Source: the human T2T-CHM13v2.0 reference genome, Homo sapiens
Direction: 5' to 3' (one strand)
DNA length: 64,000 nucleotides
Assembly (NCBI RefSeq): GCF_009914755.1
Contig: NC_060927.1
Shown here: positions 13,594 to 27,556 of the stretch, piece by piece
Numbering within the stretch: the first letter of the stretch is position 1
Layout of the letters: every line of letters starts with the position of its first letter
Notes under the pieces: model-generated
Told to the model about the DNA's origin: nothing
The model's database searches: none
Seen by the model: the letters and a program-made list of their open reading frames with translations, nothing else
Program-made: the position numbers and the translations under genes

Positions 13594-14402
13594 TTTTCAA
13601 AAGACGTTTATGCAGCCAACAGACACATGAAAAAATGCTCATCATCACTGCTCATCAGAGAAATGCAAGTCAAAACCACAATGAGATACCATCTCATACC
13701 AGTTAGTACGGAGATCATTAAAAAGTCAGGAAACAACAGGTGCTGGACAGGATGTGGAGAAATAGGAATGCTTTTACACTGTTGGTGGGAGGGTAAACTA
13801 GTTCAACCATTGTGGTAGACAGTGAGGCGATTCCTCAAGGATCTAGAACTAGAAATACCATTAGACCCAGCGATCCCATTACTGGGTATATACCCAAAGG
13901 ATTATAAACCATGCTACTATAAAGACACATGCACATGTATGTTTATTGCGGCACTATTCACAATAGCAAAGACTTGGAACCAACCCAAATGCCCATCAAT
14001 GACAGACTGAATTAAGAAAATGTGGCACATATACACTATGGAATACTATGCAGCCATAAAAAAGGATGAGTTCATGTCCTTTGGAGGGACATGGATGAAG
14101 CTGGAAACCATCATTCCGAGCAAAACTATCGCAAGGACAGAAAACCAAACACCGCATGTTCTCACTCATAGATGGGAATTGAACAATGAGAACACTTGGA
14201 CACAGGGCAGGGAATATCACACACCAGGGCCTGTCATGGGGTAGGGAAAGGGGGAGGGATAGCATTAAGAGAAATACCTAATGTAAACATTGAATTAATG
14301 GGTGCAGCAAACTAACATGGCATATGTATACATATGTAACAAACCTGCCTGTTGTACACATGTACCCTAGAACTTAAAGTATAATAATAATAAAAAAAAA
14401 AA
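13594..14402 (+). mobile_element. 5'-truncated L1PA (about PA5-7): ORF2 C-terminus and 3'UTR
   Basis: Translates to [35 protein letters not shown] and MEYYAAIKKDE; poly(A); TSD aaaa(t)cttgtcctc. Confidence 0.95.
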
Positions 14403-14479
14403 CTTGTCCTCACCTCTACCTCTCTCATCAAGCAGTTGCCTGACTTTTAAAAAATGTATTTGCCACTTCTTGAATGAAG

Positions 14480-14670
14480 CAGATAAGAATGTTTTACTTT
14501 CATTGAGAGCCTCCTATGTGTGAGAGTTGGGGGTAGACACTTCATATGTCCTTTACTAATTCTCACAACAACGAGATCATTTCTGTTAATCACTCCAACT
14601 TACATATGAGGAAACTGAGGCCCCAAGAAAGTAATTATTTTAAATAGGGTCTCACAGAAATAGGTATTAA
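14480..14670 (-). mobile_element. MIR fragment
   Basis: ttacatatgaggaaactgaggccc core. Confidence 0.7.
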
Positions 14671-16246
14671 TGAAGTAATATTGCAAAAAATCCTTGAAAG
14701 GATATATGATTCCAAAACCCATCCAAAATTTTTCAGATCCATGATGTTGCTCTTTGGCATAAATATCCTATATTTTGTATTTTAATTTATTGTCACTTAT
14801 TCAATTTTCTACATGAAGATTTTTTCTTCTATCTTAACTATTTTAATACTGTAAACTTTTAGATCTCATATCACTTAAGCTTCTACACTTTTGTTAGAGT
14901 TAACCACACCCTTAAATTTTTCTCCTTCTTTGACTTCAGAAACATTCCTATCACTTGTAAAGGGAGTTATTGGCTTGTCTCCTATGTAACCATACACTCT
15001 TATCTTTTATTAAAGTATTGGCTACACTACATTATAAGTTGTTTATCTGGACTCCTTATGTTGACCTGCTTATGAGTATGCATTGTGTTTTAATCATATT
15101 AATATCCTAAGAATCTACTGTAATATCTGAAAACGTAGCAAGCATTTGATAAATGATAGTTGAATTGGAATGAAAGGATGTTCACATTCAATTGATAGTA
15201 TCTATGACTTCTTAAATATGAAGGAAAAAGATTAGTCAAAAATAGTCCATAGTTTTAAATCTACATTATTAGAATGGCAGAATATTTTACAAACAGAGGT
15301 TGACAGGGATGCTTTAATGAAGAGAGAAGATAATATTTTATAGTGAAAGCATAGAATCTGTGGTAGTGATGAGATATACAAATGGGCATAGAAGTCAGCT
15401 ACAGTCTGGGTTCCAAAGTTCTGCTGACATATATATTTGGATGGATGTCAAGGCATAAGGAGCCACAAATAATAGGTGAAATGTTGATGTGTCTGCTATG
15501 GGCTTGGATCTGAATAAGAAGAACATAATACTGGTTTTCTTTCACACAATGTTCACAGAAATTCTATGATATAGGTGTTACTATCCTTATTTTAGAAAAG
15601 AGGAGAACTTAATATAAGTTGTCCAAGGATACACAACTATAAGTGTCAGAGCAAGAATTTAAATCCAGTCATGTTCCCTGAACTGTCCCAATTCACTACA
15701 GAGCATAAGGCCTGAATTAGAACTGAGAAACCTGGGTTTGATCAACCCATTTTTGCAACCACGTTTTTTGACCACTTTTGTTTATTAGAGGAATTGAAGG
15801 ATAGAAACATTTTGCAAAGCTCCGCATTCCCGTCTACTTCTAACCACATTTGCTGGGAGTAACCTCTTTATCATTTTGCTGAGTATCATCTTTTCAGAGG
15901 TTTAGCAACTTGCTTTTTCTTATTTATTTAAAAAATGTGAATTAAAATGTTTTCTATATCAGTATTTTCCTCATTGTATTCAATGAATGCCTAATATTTT
16001 GTGGAAAATGTAAAAATGTATGTAACTTTCATAATTGATGGTTTCCAATTTCATGCTATTGTAATACTATGATAATCATTCACGTACATAAATATTTGCA
16101 CACTTACATGTCTGTGAGATAAAGTCTTAGAAGTTGTATTTCTGGGCCAACTGATATAAACTTTAAATTATGGCAGATACTACAAATTTACCTTCCTTTA
16201 GAATCTGTGTCGATGTATAATCCCACCAACAGTGGATGGCAATTTC

Positions 16247-16800
16247 TGTAGGCATATTTTTAAAGATCCAATCTTACTCTTTTAAGGCCATCTTGAGGGT
16301 TACTCTATGCAGGACCCCTCCCTGGTAAAGCTTTATTGGGGAGATCCCTATATAAACATTTTGAGTCACCAAAAATCAACATGTCATTCCTATTCTGACA
16401 GCCCAATCTCATGCTATCTTGGAAAAAAATATCTTGCAGGCCAATAGAAACAATCTGCTCACTGGGCAACTCTTTTGAACCAGGACCCAACTATGGGACC
16501 TTGACTAATCCCCACAGGCACAAACTGGAGCCCTAGGGGCATCTGATCACCATGCAAAGTAAAGGGTCAAAGAACACCTCAAAAAGGAGAAGCAGGGACC
16601 AGAGCCTATGAGGGTCCTTGTTCCAGATGAGAGTACCTTATCCAGAAGGCACTGTGACTCACAGTCAGCCTAGTCCTTAGAAGGAAGCTTACAAAATTTT
16701 AAGAAAGACATTTCAAAATATGAGATTTCCTGTGAAGTGGAGTGGGTCAGTGGCCCCCTAAGCCAGTATTTGCCAGGATAAAATTGTGTTATAGACTACA
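16247..16800 (-). mobile_element. Putative old LTR inserted in an L1M remnant, family unassigned
   Basis: TG...CA ends, minus-strand AATAAA at about 16332, GC shift; the left flank is L1M-like (aatcccaccaacagt). Confidence 0.35.
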
Positions 16801-17374
16801 CCAATTAGCAGTGAAATCATTAGAATGAATTCAATTTTGGGGGAAAAAAGTGGAAATAAGTGCTCTAAGGCAAAGGTGAAATAATCTGATAGAGAATTGC
16901 AGATTGATATGCTAAAGATAAAGAGATGTAAAGAAGTGAACTGAAAGGCCTAGTCCACTTCTTCTAGAAAGACATGCATATGTCAAAAACACCTTTTTGG
17001 AAATAATCCTGCCCACTACTCTTACTATTTATTACCAAAGTGACAATAAATTTTGATCTAGTAGGGACAATAGAAAAAAATGCCTTGGATTTCTAGTTGA
17101 TAGAGGTAAAAACTTTATTATCATCTCGTATATTGTACTTTATTAATAGTTGTCTATTTCCTTCAGGTAATGTCAAAAGTTATGAAATTCCTTTTCATTT
17201 AAACCAACTTTCTCACACTCAGGCTCCCATGACTAAGGTCAAAGGCTCTTATAGGTGGAGAATAGCAAAGGTCTAGGTCTTCTCCAGCAAGTCGGACTTC
17301 TTTTCCCATTATGTTATTCAGTTTGTGATTATATATTGAGGTAGAGATTATATATTGACAGTAACGGCATGATA

Positions 17375-17723
17375 ATGGCTTAGTCAGCAAAATATCATGG
17401 ACTGAATGGCTTAAGCAATAGGAGCATATTCTGACAGTTCCAGAGACTGAAAGTCTAAGATCAAAGTGTCATCAGGGTCAGTATCTGCTGAAGGCCTTCT
17501 CCTCGGGTTGTAGGTGACCACCTCCTCACTCTGTCCTCACATGATCTTTTCTCTCTCTTTTTCTCTTCTTATAAAGCTACTGATCTCATCATGAGGGCCC
17601 TATCCTCATGACTTCATGTAACTCTAATTACCTCCCAAAGACTTCATATCCAAATACTACCACATTGGGGCTTAGGGCTTCAACATATAAACTTCAGGGG
17701 GACACAAACATTCTGTCTATAGC
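17375..17723 (-). mobile_element. MLT1A-type LTR
   Basis: aagtctaagatcaaagtg...gggcttcaacatataa...acattctgtctatagca. Confidence 0.8.
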
Positions 17724-17726
17724 AAA

Positions 17727-18155
17727 TGTATAGTTTTATGTGTTGACTTTGCTGGGCCATGGTGCCCTGATATTTGTCAAACATTATTATGGATATTTCT
17801 GTGAAAGTCTTTTTCAGATGATAGTAACATTTAAATCATTAGACTTAGAGTTCAGTAGATTACCCTCCATAATGTGGGTGGGCCTCATCCAATCAGTTGA
17901 AGGCCTTAAGAGAACAAAGGCTGACCTGCTCCAAGCAAAAAAGAATTCTGCCAGCAGGTTGGGTTTGGACTCCAGCTGTAATTGTTTCCAGGACCTCTAT
18001 CCTGCAGGGCTACCTTGCAGATTTTTGACTGCCAAGCTTCACAATTGTGTGAACCAATTTTTTAAAATCTCTCTCTTTTTCTCTCTCTCTCTCATGCACA
18101 CACATATAAAAATACTGTCGATTCTGTTTATCTGGAGAATGCTGACTAATAAAAA
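17727..18155 (+). mobile_element. MLT2 (C/D-like) ERVL LTR
   Basis: gattaccctccataatgtgggtgggcctcatccaatcagttgaaggcc; ggagaatgctgactaata end. Confidence 0.85.
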
Positions 18156-18164
18156 TACCTAACA

Positions 18165-18405
18165 GTTATTGAGGATTTATCATGTAACAATTACTTTTCT
18201 AATTATCTTACAAGTGCTATCTCATTTAATTCTTATAGCAAGTAAGAGGTGGTTAGATAGTGGTTAATGCCAGCTCCACTTTACAGAAGAGGAAAAAGAG
18301 GCATTCCCAGATTAATTGGCCAAAATTGCACTGATTGTGGCATATTTCATTTGTGAACTAAGGCAGTCTGGTATTAGAGCCCACACACGTAATCACTATT
18401 TCATC
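18165..18405 (-). mobile_element. MIR
   Basis: tctcatttaattctt...ccactttacagaagaggaaa. Confidence 0.65.
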
Positions 18406-20035
18406 ACTTGCCAAAATACAGGGTATTAGAAGAGATATATTATCAAATCTTTCAAAAATGGACACTGGTGAAGTAGAGCAATTTTCATATTGCAATTAGG
18501 AGATGTCAGTTTGGGAAAATATTTATGTTGTTAAGTAAGTAATAGGAAAAAGAGGTTTTGTACTGGGAATGCAATCAGCCCCATTCGAGACTTGAAAGTT
18601 CAGAGCCTGAATTGAGTTGATTGCAAGCCAGACTCACAACACTCATAAAACAATCAAATCACTCCATTTCTCGTAGATGTTTTCTTATTTAACTGAGCTG
18701 TAAGTGACATCTTCAGGGCAGATGACATTTCAAATTATTTTTTTTTCTCTTGGTTATGCCTGCTTGAATAGTGTTCTAGGCCAGCAAACGGGTCTCTACA
18801 CCATTGAAAGAGTAAGTGACCTTATTTTAAGCTTTGACCTTGCCTGCAGTGTCTTCCCTGTTGATTTGTTAGCTATGAGTGTGGTGTATTGTTTCAGTAC
18901 AGCAAGGTCTTTGAAGCTCCATTTTTTTTGCCACTACCTCCCTCCCTAATGATTTCAAGCTGTTCAAAGAAGCTTTGAAACCCAGGCAGGAGGGAAATGT
19001 TTTGTAGTAAAGCTGATTTAAAACAAGTCTAAAATAATTCTTACATTTAGGGGACTAAGGGTGCTGGAAATAAATGAACAGAGCATACTACTTCAAAATC
19101 TCCTCCCTGCTTGATCACTCAGAAATGGGTTTGCTTTTCATTATGTGTAGGAAGAAAACAACACAGACTTCTGATACTTATAACAAAGCAATAGACGTAA
19201 TACATATGCTTTCCCAGGATTTAAAAGCAGAGCAAATGAAATGTTATAATATGCAAACTGTTTCAGGGCAAATATGATGCCAGCAAAGGGATGAAATCAT
19301 TTATTTGTATTGATTTTTTTCTTCTAATATAGGGGAGCCTAGAAGGCAATATATTTGCTTCTTTAAAAGATGCAATAAAATCAGAATTTAATTTGTGTAG
19401 ACAGTCTTAAACATATTAGGACAATAGGGAGATCACTGTCATATTATTTTTATTTAATACTTACTAAATAACAACTATGTCTAATAAATGCCTTCAAAGC
19501 AGATTTCCCGGTGCCTAGATTTTGTTTATTAGAACCCATCAATTAGGCTCATATCTTACAAGAAGATTACTTTTCTATCAGTTCTACAGTATAGACACTA
19601 TTTCTTATACAGGTATCTGTAGCAGTACATAACATTATGCCCTATCCATAGTGACTGTTAAATAAATATTTCCTAAATGCATGATATTGGATAAAATCAG
19701 GAACATACTTCTTTGTAAAGCCATGGACCCAAAGGTGCTCACACTAGAAATATGTAAAACTAGAAGCAGAAAATAATTAAAGAAACGTTTTAAAATAACT
19801 AATGTTCATCATTAATCTCTAAATGAAATATCCAAGATTAGTCAGAATTACTTTCCCTTAGGATCACCAATTAATTGTAGGAAAGGGCAGGGTAAAATTG
19901 TAATTGGTAAATGGTCATGGAAAAAAGGTTTCTCATGAGAGAGGTAAGTAAAAGATGTAAGGAAGACATGAGAAAGAAGAAGAATGCATGAATTAATGGA
20001 GATATATATGCTGCAAGCAATGGTAGCACATAAAG

Positions 20036-20270
20036 TGTATATTAGTTTCGTATTGCTGCTGTAACAAATTATAGCAATTTAGTGCTTAAAACAAAATAGA
20101 ATGTATTATCTTACAGTTTTTTAGATCAAAAGTCTGAAGTTGGTGTTACCGAGCTAAAATTAGCAAGGCAACATTTTTTTCCAGAGGCTGTTCTTTGCCA
20201 TTTCCAGCTTTGGAGGCTGTCCACATTTTTGGTACTTGGCCCCCTTCCATCTGCAAAACCATCAATGGCT
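20036..20270 (-). mobile_element. MLT1 (C-E-like) partial LTR
   Basis: tattagtttcgtattgctgctgtaacaaatta...ttatcttacagtt. Confidence 0.7.
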
Positions 20271-20629
20271 TAGAGTTTGCAACAGAAGAAATAAAAGACA
20301 AGTAATACTTTTTAATTGGCAGAACTCTCACAGGTTATCTAATAGTAGCACTGAAGTTGTTTCTAAAGAAAAGGGGGATTTGGGCACACAGTTCTGTCTG
20401 TCTGTTTCATCTGTTTATCTTCTGTCTCTTCCCAGTAGAATGCAACCTTCATGAGAGGTCTGGCACATAATAGGCATGCAATAAATAGTTCTGGAATGAA
20501 TGACTTGATAAGGATAAAGCCTTTTCTTTTGCATCTTAGATAGGTAGAATGTGACTAGATGTCTCCAGGTAACCAGCTTCTCCAACATATTATAAGTGTT
20601 TGCCTGAAGTTGGAAAGGTAGAAACCAAC

Positions 20630-20995
20630 TGTCTTAGTCCATTTGGACTGCCAAAACAAAATACTGCAAATTATGTAACTTATAAACCTCAGAAATTTGT
20701 TTCTCACTATTCTGAAGGCTGGAAAGCCTAAGATCAACACAGATTCCATGTCTGGTGAAAGTCTCATTTTTGGCTCATAGATGACACCTTCTTGCTGTGT
20801 CCTTATATGATGGGAAAGGTGAGGGATTTTTCTCAAGCCTTCTCCAAGGCCTGTTTATAAGAGCGCTAATCTCACTCATACGGTCTCTGCCCCATGACCT
20901 AATCATATCCCAAAAGCCTTACCTATTAATACTATCACCTTGGGGGTTAGGATTTCAACATGTGAATTTGCAGGGGATGTAGTCAGACCATAGCA
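20630..20995 (-). mobile_element. MLT1A0-type LTR
   Basis: tgtcttagtccatttgg...cagaccatagca. Confidence 0.8.
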
Positions 20996-21068
20996 CCATT
21001 CCTTTGTTCAAGAGAAGCTGAACAAAAAGATGTATCAAGAAAAACGATAACCTTGTTTGGGTCTCCTG

Positions 21069-21410
21069 ATGCTATGGCTTGAAATTGTTTCCTACCAAAA
21101 TTAATAAGTTGAAAGCTAACCCTTCAAAGTGATAACATTAAGAGGTGGGTCTTGGGGAGGTGATTAGGTCACAAACTGGATTAGTGTTCCTATAAAAGAG
21201 GCCTGAGACAGCTTGTTCACTCCTTCTGCCATATGAGGACACATAGAAGGTACCATCTATGAGGAGCAAGAGCCCTCAGCAGACACCTAATCTTCTGAAG
21301 GCTTGATCTTGGACTTCCCAGCCTCCAGACTTGTGAGCAATAAATTTCTATTATTTATAAATTACCCAGTTTAAAATATTTTGTTATGGCAGCTTGAATG
21401 GCCTAAGACT
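21069..21410 (+). mobile_element. MLT1A/MST-type LTR nested in an older MLT1 remnant (to about 21551)
   Basis: tgctatggcttgaa...cttgatcttggacttcccagcctccaga...aataaatttc. Confidence 0.8.
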
Positions 21411-23149
21411 CTGGCTCTCAGCTTCTCTGAAATCAGCCACATTTCAGAGCTCTCAACTACCAAATTCAATGTACCAATAAGTTATATTTTATGCCTATAT
21501 TTGTTGAGCTGAGTTTTTGTCTTCTATAACAGAAAGAATCCTGGTAATACATTCACTATTGCCCTATCAAGTCTCTTTCCCTTTCCTGAAATTATTTCTA
21601 GTTTTCTGCTTCACTATGTTAAGAATACATAGACGCTTGTCAGTTAGAAATAAACCTAGTTTTTTTCTCCCTGCAAGATCGACTGAAAATTTTAATAAAA
21701 ATTAAATATAAGAAAAAGAAAAGGGGAAGTCTGTGCCCTCTTATATTATCCTTACAAGCTCTGTCGAATGCCCTGAACATGTAGGAATGTGCTAATTTGC
21801 ATGGTTGCTACTGCAGTATATAATGGTGATTTAAAATGAGACAGGGAAAAACCTGGATGAGATCCAAGTTCAAATTTCAGAAGAGGGACTGCTTGAAATT
21901 AAATCCCCAAACCTAAGTGTCTCTTAGACTTTAATTATGCCTCTTGGTGAAAAGCACCTGAATGTTTTCAGATCCTAATCAGTCATATCCTAGTCATGTC
22001 CACACCAAAAAAAAAAAAAAAAAAAAAATCAAATTGAAAGTTATTCTTGATAATAGTGGCCAATCCCCCCTGTAAATACGTCAGCACTTCAGCTTCTACT
22101 GTTTTTGTTTTTTCATCACCCCCAAGGACCAAGGTCAATAAAACATTTGGAAGAAATGAATATGCTGTATATATCCAGAGATATACTGTATGCATCTGAA
22201 CAACAGACTTGTAGTGCACCATTTTATTGAACTCTTATTTCATTTCAAAAGCTGAGAGGAAAAGAGAACCACTGCAGATCTATCAAGTATGCGGGCTTTA
22301 ATATTTACTTTAGCCATAAACAGCAAGAGACATGATGAGGGCTTACTACCTAGTAGAAACTCAGGTTGTCAGTACCAGAAAATGAAATTTTTATTTATGG
22401 AAGTTGCAAGCTCTAGAAATGATATGTATTATTTTTCTGTTCTTGGTGATTTATAGATTAAATGAATTAGTAGTCACTAAGTTGCAGCTTCATATTTTTT
22501 CTCCTTAGAAACCAAGATTTTAAAGATGTTTAGGTAAAAAGTTTTTCAAGAGACAAGACAAGGACTGATTAAGTGCCTAAAATCTTTTAGAAAGAATGAT
22601 GGAATTATGAAGATTAGACTTACTGAGAGGTATTGCTATTATGTGTTGGTTTCCAGAAGACGAATAACATTAAATCATCCATTTTCATGTAAAATTTGTT
22701 ACATAAATGTATTTTCTTTGTAGAAATACAAGACTGGCATCCATTTCATGAGTCTCTGGAGTTCAAAAGAATATTCCTAGGTTACAATGCCTATATTATC
22801 CCAATTTTTAAACAGACAATTTTAACTTTAAACTAGTATCCATCTTCTTTAAATGGGAGATAAAGCCATAAACATGCTCCTGTGTTTTTACTTTGAAGTT
22901 CTTTTTATTGAACCATGCTGGCTTCGTATCTTATTTGTGCAAAATAAACATCTAAAGCCATTTTATTAACTAATAAACATGTGGTTGAGAAACACTAGGA
23001 GAAATTATGTTCTTACTTATTCAAGTTATTAATTTTAGTGTATTCATGGGTTTCTTTATCTAATGTTTCTTAGCAATGTCATTTGAAGATGATTTTTCTT
23101 TTATTTCACTTAATTTCTTAACGAGGGATCAGGGTAGGGAGCTTCTACT

Positions 23150-24300
23150 ACATGCTAGGCACTGTTAAAAGAATTGGAGACCCAGAAAAAAAAATAATAA
23201 TAATAATAAAGAATTGAAGACCCAGTGCTGAGTAAGTGAAGTAGATTTTTATCTTCACAGAGTACATGGGCTAGAGGAGGTAATAATAAATAAGTAAACA
23301 AATAAACAGTATGGTCACCAATTATAATCAGTATCATGAAATAAATGACCTGGGAAATTTATCAGAAAGTAAGTAGTTAAGGAATCAACAATGCTGAATT
23401 AGATGGGATTGTAAGAGAAATTCTCACTGGGGACGCGACATTAAAGCTCATTCATGAAGAATGAGAAGGGGCCAAACATATGAGGAAGAGGAGGAATATA
23501 GTTCAAGTAGAAGAAACAGCAAGTGCAAAGGTTTCATGTGGGACAGAGCTCGGCTAATGCATAGAGCTAAAAGACTAATTTGAATGAGTATAATACATAA
23601 GGAAGATATGATGAGAGGAAACCAAAGAGATAGGCTTTAGCCAGATATCTGCATTATAGCTGTAATAGTATGTTTTGATCTTTTTCTAAGAATAGAAAAA
23701 GTAAAATAAGTACAAAAAACAAAGTTATAAATAGAAGTAAAAGGATATTAAGCAGAGGAACAATATCTGGCTATTTATTTATTTATTTATTTATTATTTT
23801 TAAAATGTAGAGATGAGATTTCACTATGTTGCCTAGGCTGGTCTTGAACTCACAGCCTCCAGCAATCCTCTCACCTTGGTGTCTTGAAGTGCTAGGATCG
23901 TAGGTGTGAGCCACTGTTCCCAGCCTCTCCTTTACTATTTAAAAGTCGTTCTAGAGCTCTGTTTCACAACAATGTAAATATATTTAATACTACTGAGCTA
24001 TACACTTAAAATAATTAAATGGGGAAAATATATACGTAATATTTTCCTTGTTTAGAAATTCTGCCTAAATACAGAAACTATTACACCTCTAAAAAAAAAA
24101 ATCACTCTGTTGTGTGGAGTATGGACTTTGGGGAAGAATGAGTGGAAGTAGGAGACATATCACTGCAGTGATCCAGAAAAGAAATGACAGTGACTTGGAT
24201 TAGAGTGGTGACATAGACAGAAGAGAATGAAATTATTTTGGAAAAAAACATAACCATAAAAGATGAATGAAGTGATAAGGAAAAGGGAGGAATCTATGTT
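23150..24300 (-). mobile_element. L2 remnants, interrupted by a FLAM and an L1M end
   Basis: Purine-rich L2-like text (catgctaggcactg, aacagcaagtgcaaagg, gtgacttggattagagtggtg). Confidence 0.55.
23772..23925 (-). mobile_element. FLAM / Alu left monomer
   Basis: gtagagatgagatttcactatgttgcctaggctgg...gtgagccactgttcccagcc with (TTTA)n tail. Confidence 0.85.
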
Positions 24301-24449
24301 AACATCTATTCAAAATATCATTGTCATAAAGGATAAAAAGTGGTGAGATGGTGAGGTTACTCTCATAGATCAAAGAAGAGTAAAGAGACATGACAATAAC
24401 AGGCACCTTGAATTGCACACTAGATCAAAAGCAAAAAAGAATGGGATTC

Positions 24450-25791
24450 CCAGCAATAGCAAGAAGTTGGCAAATCCCTCACAAAAAGCTTATAAAACTT
24501 TATTTGTTTTTCAAATCACCCATTTCAGGGCTCTAAAAATCAGCCCAAAAGAAACAATTCGTTGAGACATATTTATTCATGAAAAATTGCTAAACTTTTG
24601 GAAAGAACAGTGGGAGTCTGTGGCTTTCTTGCCTGGCATTGCTGCCATCCTCCCCCATGCCCAGTCGGTGATGTAGTTCTAACATAGTGGGGCTGGCTAT
24701 AAAAAACAGAAACTTTGCTGCTGGATGAAGTTGATTCGATTGCATCCAGAGAAGAAAGCATTCACACATACAGGACTTGTCAGTAAAAGGAGAAAACTTG
24801 CTAGTAAAATGGCGAAAGCACACATCTATACAAGCTGGAGGTTTTGGAGTTGTGTGGGATCAACAGAAGATCAGTGCTTGGCCAGACACTTAACATGGAG
24901 ATCCTGAAAATGGAAGAGCCATAGCGGAGTTTAATAGGTTATCCTTGTATCTTCGGCTGACTGGGAGACTGTGCACATGTACAGAAGAGACCTGAGAAGG
25001 CCCATGCTCTCTACACAATGCTGACTGCCTGGGAATTTGTTCACAAGTCACTCAGAGATAGAAAAGATATAAGGTTCCAAAAAATGTGCTCCCTAACCCA
25101 CACAGATTTATTGGCAGAAGATGGAAGGCTAACTGGCTCAAGGTATTTGAACACAACTTCTGATCAACTATTAGCTTACTGTTTAGACACACAGATTTAG
25201 AGGTTACTCCTAAGAGTCCAGGCTGAAAAATAAAATTAAAAAAATAATAAAGCTATGTGGAGACATCAGCAGCCACGCACTGTGGGTAGCAAGATTCTGC
25301 AGATTAAATCCCAGCAAATTGATAAAAGAACAACAAAAACACAGCAACTAAAACAACCCTTAGAGAAGGAAAAAAAAAAACACTTAGAATTCTGAGTTGT
25401 CATTATATATTAAATAAAATGTCTCATTTTTAACAAAAAAATTACAAGATATGCAAAGAAACAGGAAAACATGACCCATACTAGAGGAATAAAAGGTCAA
25501 TAGAACTTCCCTGAGTGGGCCCAGATAGTAAATTTAGCTGATAGATTTCAAATAAGCTATTACGAGTTGATGCAAAGAATGAAAGAGAACTATGTGTAAA
25601 TAGTTAGAAAACAATTTGAAGACAAGAGAGTTACTAGGTAGGGAATCTCAAATTAAAAAGCAGAAATCATATTAAAGAATCAAGTGGATATTCTCGAGTT
25701 GAAAAGTACAATAACCAAAATAGAAAATACACCACATGGGCTCAACAGTAGATTTAAGATGGCAAAGAATCAACTCAAAAATAGGCCAATA
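24450..25791 (+). mobile_element. Old L1M 5'UTR/ORF1 region, left part
   Basis: aaacatgacccata...gagttgaaaagtacaataacc...gggctcaacagtagattt is typical of L1M ORF1. Confidence 0.7.
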
Positions 25792-25858
25792 GAGCCAGCA
25801 AGTGCTCCAACAGCCATGCAACAGAACAATAGAGCTAGGAAATAACAAAAGCCACATC

Positions 25859-26245
25859 ATGTCGATAGCACAATCATCTGATCATGCCAAACAAATAACG
25901 GGGAAGGTGATTATGACAGCAATGCAAAAAGCTACTAAAGTGATAGTGACCAGGCTTGTTCTGGATTCCTATTTAATAAGGTATTTTAATAAGTGAAAGA
26001 CCTGCTTCACTCAGTGTTTTTCAGCAGTGAACAGTTGAAGACACTGCACTTCTCAAACCTTTATCTGTTTCATGAATGAACAGTGTGAAACATGAACTGG
26101 CTGAGATAATTTTTATATTTGGAAAAGTCATAGATCCAGTGACAGGAAAACTCTGTAAGAATTACCAACCTGGAGAGTTCAGTCAGTTTGGGAACTATCC
26201 AGCTAAACAAAAATCTAGAAGCACTCAAAATCTTTTCAACACTGA
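25859..26245 (+). pseudogene. MRPS17P: Processed pseudogene of mitochondrial ribosomal protein S17 (uS17m)
   Basis: Frames read [69 protein letters not shown] and [15 protein letters not shown]. These are colinear with MRPS17 ([46 protein letters not shown]...[24 protein letters not shown]...TTQLSKNLEELNISS). No intron; several TGA stops and frameshifts. Paralog number unknown. Confidence 0.95.
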
Positions 26246-26288
26246 GGATAAGAAGGAGCCAAATAATATTTAATTTTCCTTTATATGT

Positions 26289-26627
26289 TTTATTTTATTT
26301 TATTTTATTTTATTTTATTTTATTTTATTTTATTTTGAGGGACAGGGTCTTGCTCTGTTGCTTAGGCTAGAGTGCAGTGGAGTGATCATAGCTACTGTAG
26401 CCTCAAACTGCTGGGCTTCAACTTATCCTCCTGCCTCAGCTTCCCAACTACATGGGATTACAGGCATGCACCACCATGCCCCATGTCCAGCTAATTTTTG
26501 CATTATTTGTAGAGACAGGGTCTCGCTGTGTTGCTCAGGCTGATTTTGAACTGCTGGCCTCAAGCAACCCTCCCACCTCAGCCTCCGAAAGCATTGGGAT
26601 TACAGAGCCAAGCCACCATGCCTGGCC
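26289..26627 (-). mobile_element. AluJ with (ATTTT)n tail
   Basis: gatcatagct...gcctcaaactgctggg and caagcaaccctcccacc are J-type. Confidence 0.9.
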
Positions 26628-26637
26628 CTTTTGTTAA

Positions 26638-27475
26638 TATTTTATTTTTAATTAATGCATAATAATGGTACATATTTATGGAGAACAGTTGAATGCTTCA
26701 ATATATGTATACATTGTATAATGATGACTAAATAGGTTAATTAACATTTTCATCACCTCATTTATCAGTTCTTTGTGGTGACAAATTCCTCTTGTCAAGC
26801 CTTTGAAATATACAATGTATTATTGTTAGCTACAGTCATCTGTATGATCAGAACTTATAACATTGTACTCTTTGTCCAACTTCTTCCCATTCCTCCTCCC
26901 CTCTCCTTCCCCAGCCTCTGATAACCTATAGTCTATGTTCTACTTCTAGGAGCTCAACTTTTTAAAATTTCGCCTATAAGTGAGACCATGCAGTGTTTAT
27001 TTTTCTGTGCCTGGCTTATTTCACTTAACATGATATCATTCAGTTTTATCCATATTGTCGCAAATAATAGGATTTTTGTAATGGCTAGATGGTGTACCAT
27101 GGTGTATATGTACCACATTTTCTTTGTCTATTCATTCATTGGTGGGCACTTAGGTTGATTCATATCTTGATTATTATGAATAGTGCTGCAATAAACATGG
27201 GAGTGCAGATATCTCTTGGATATACTGATTTCATTTCCTTTGGATGTGTACCCAGTAATGGAATTACTGGATCACATGGTAGTTCCATTTTTAATTTTTT
27301 GAGGAAGCTTCATACTGTTTTCCATAACAGTTGTAATAATTTACATTTCCAACAGTGTAAGAGTTTCCTTTTCTCCACATCCTTGCCAACACTTGTTATC
27401 TTTTTACTTTTTTGGTAATAGCCATTCTAATTGGAGTGAAGTGGTATCTTATTGCAATTTGGATTTGCATTCTTC
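26638..27475 (-). mobile_element. L1MA 3' fragment
   Basis: gtacatatttatgg...ctggcttatttcacttaacat...tgctgcaataaacatgggagtgcagatatct. Confidence 0.9.
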
Positions 27476-27556
27476 TGGAAAAATAATTGTTTCTAATTTT
27501 CATCACAAAGCATTTCTAATTTCTCCACTGGTATTCATCAAAGAGCTATTAAAAAA

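Noticed and set aside
13498-14244. ORFs with strong protein similarity
   Set aside because: These are L1 ORF2 C-terminal fragments of a truncated, frameshifted element.
25859-26245. Assigning a specific MRPS17P number or chromosome
   Set aside because: It cannot be determined without mapping.
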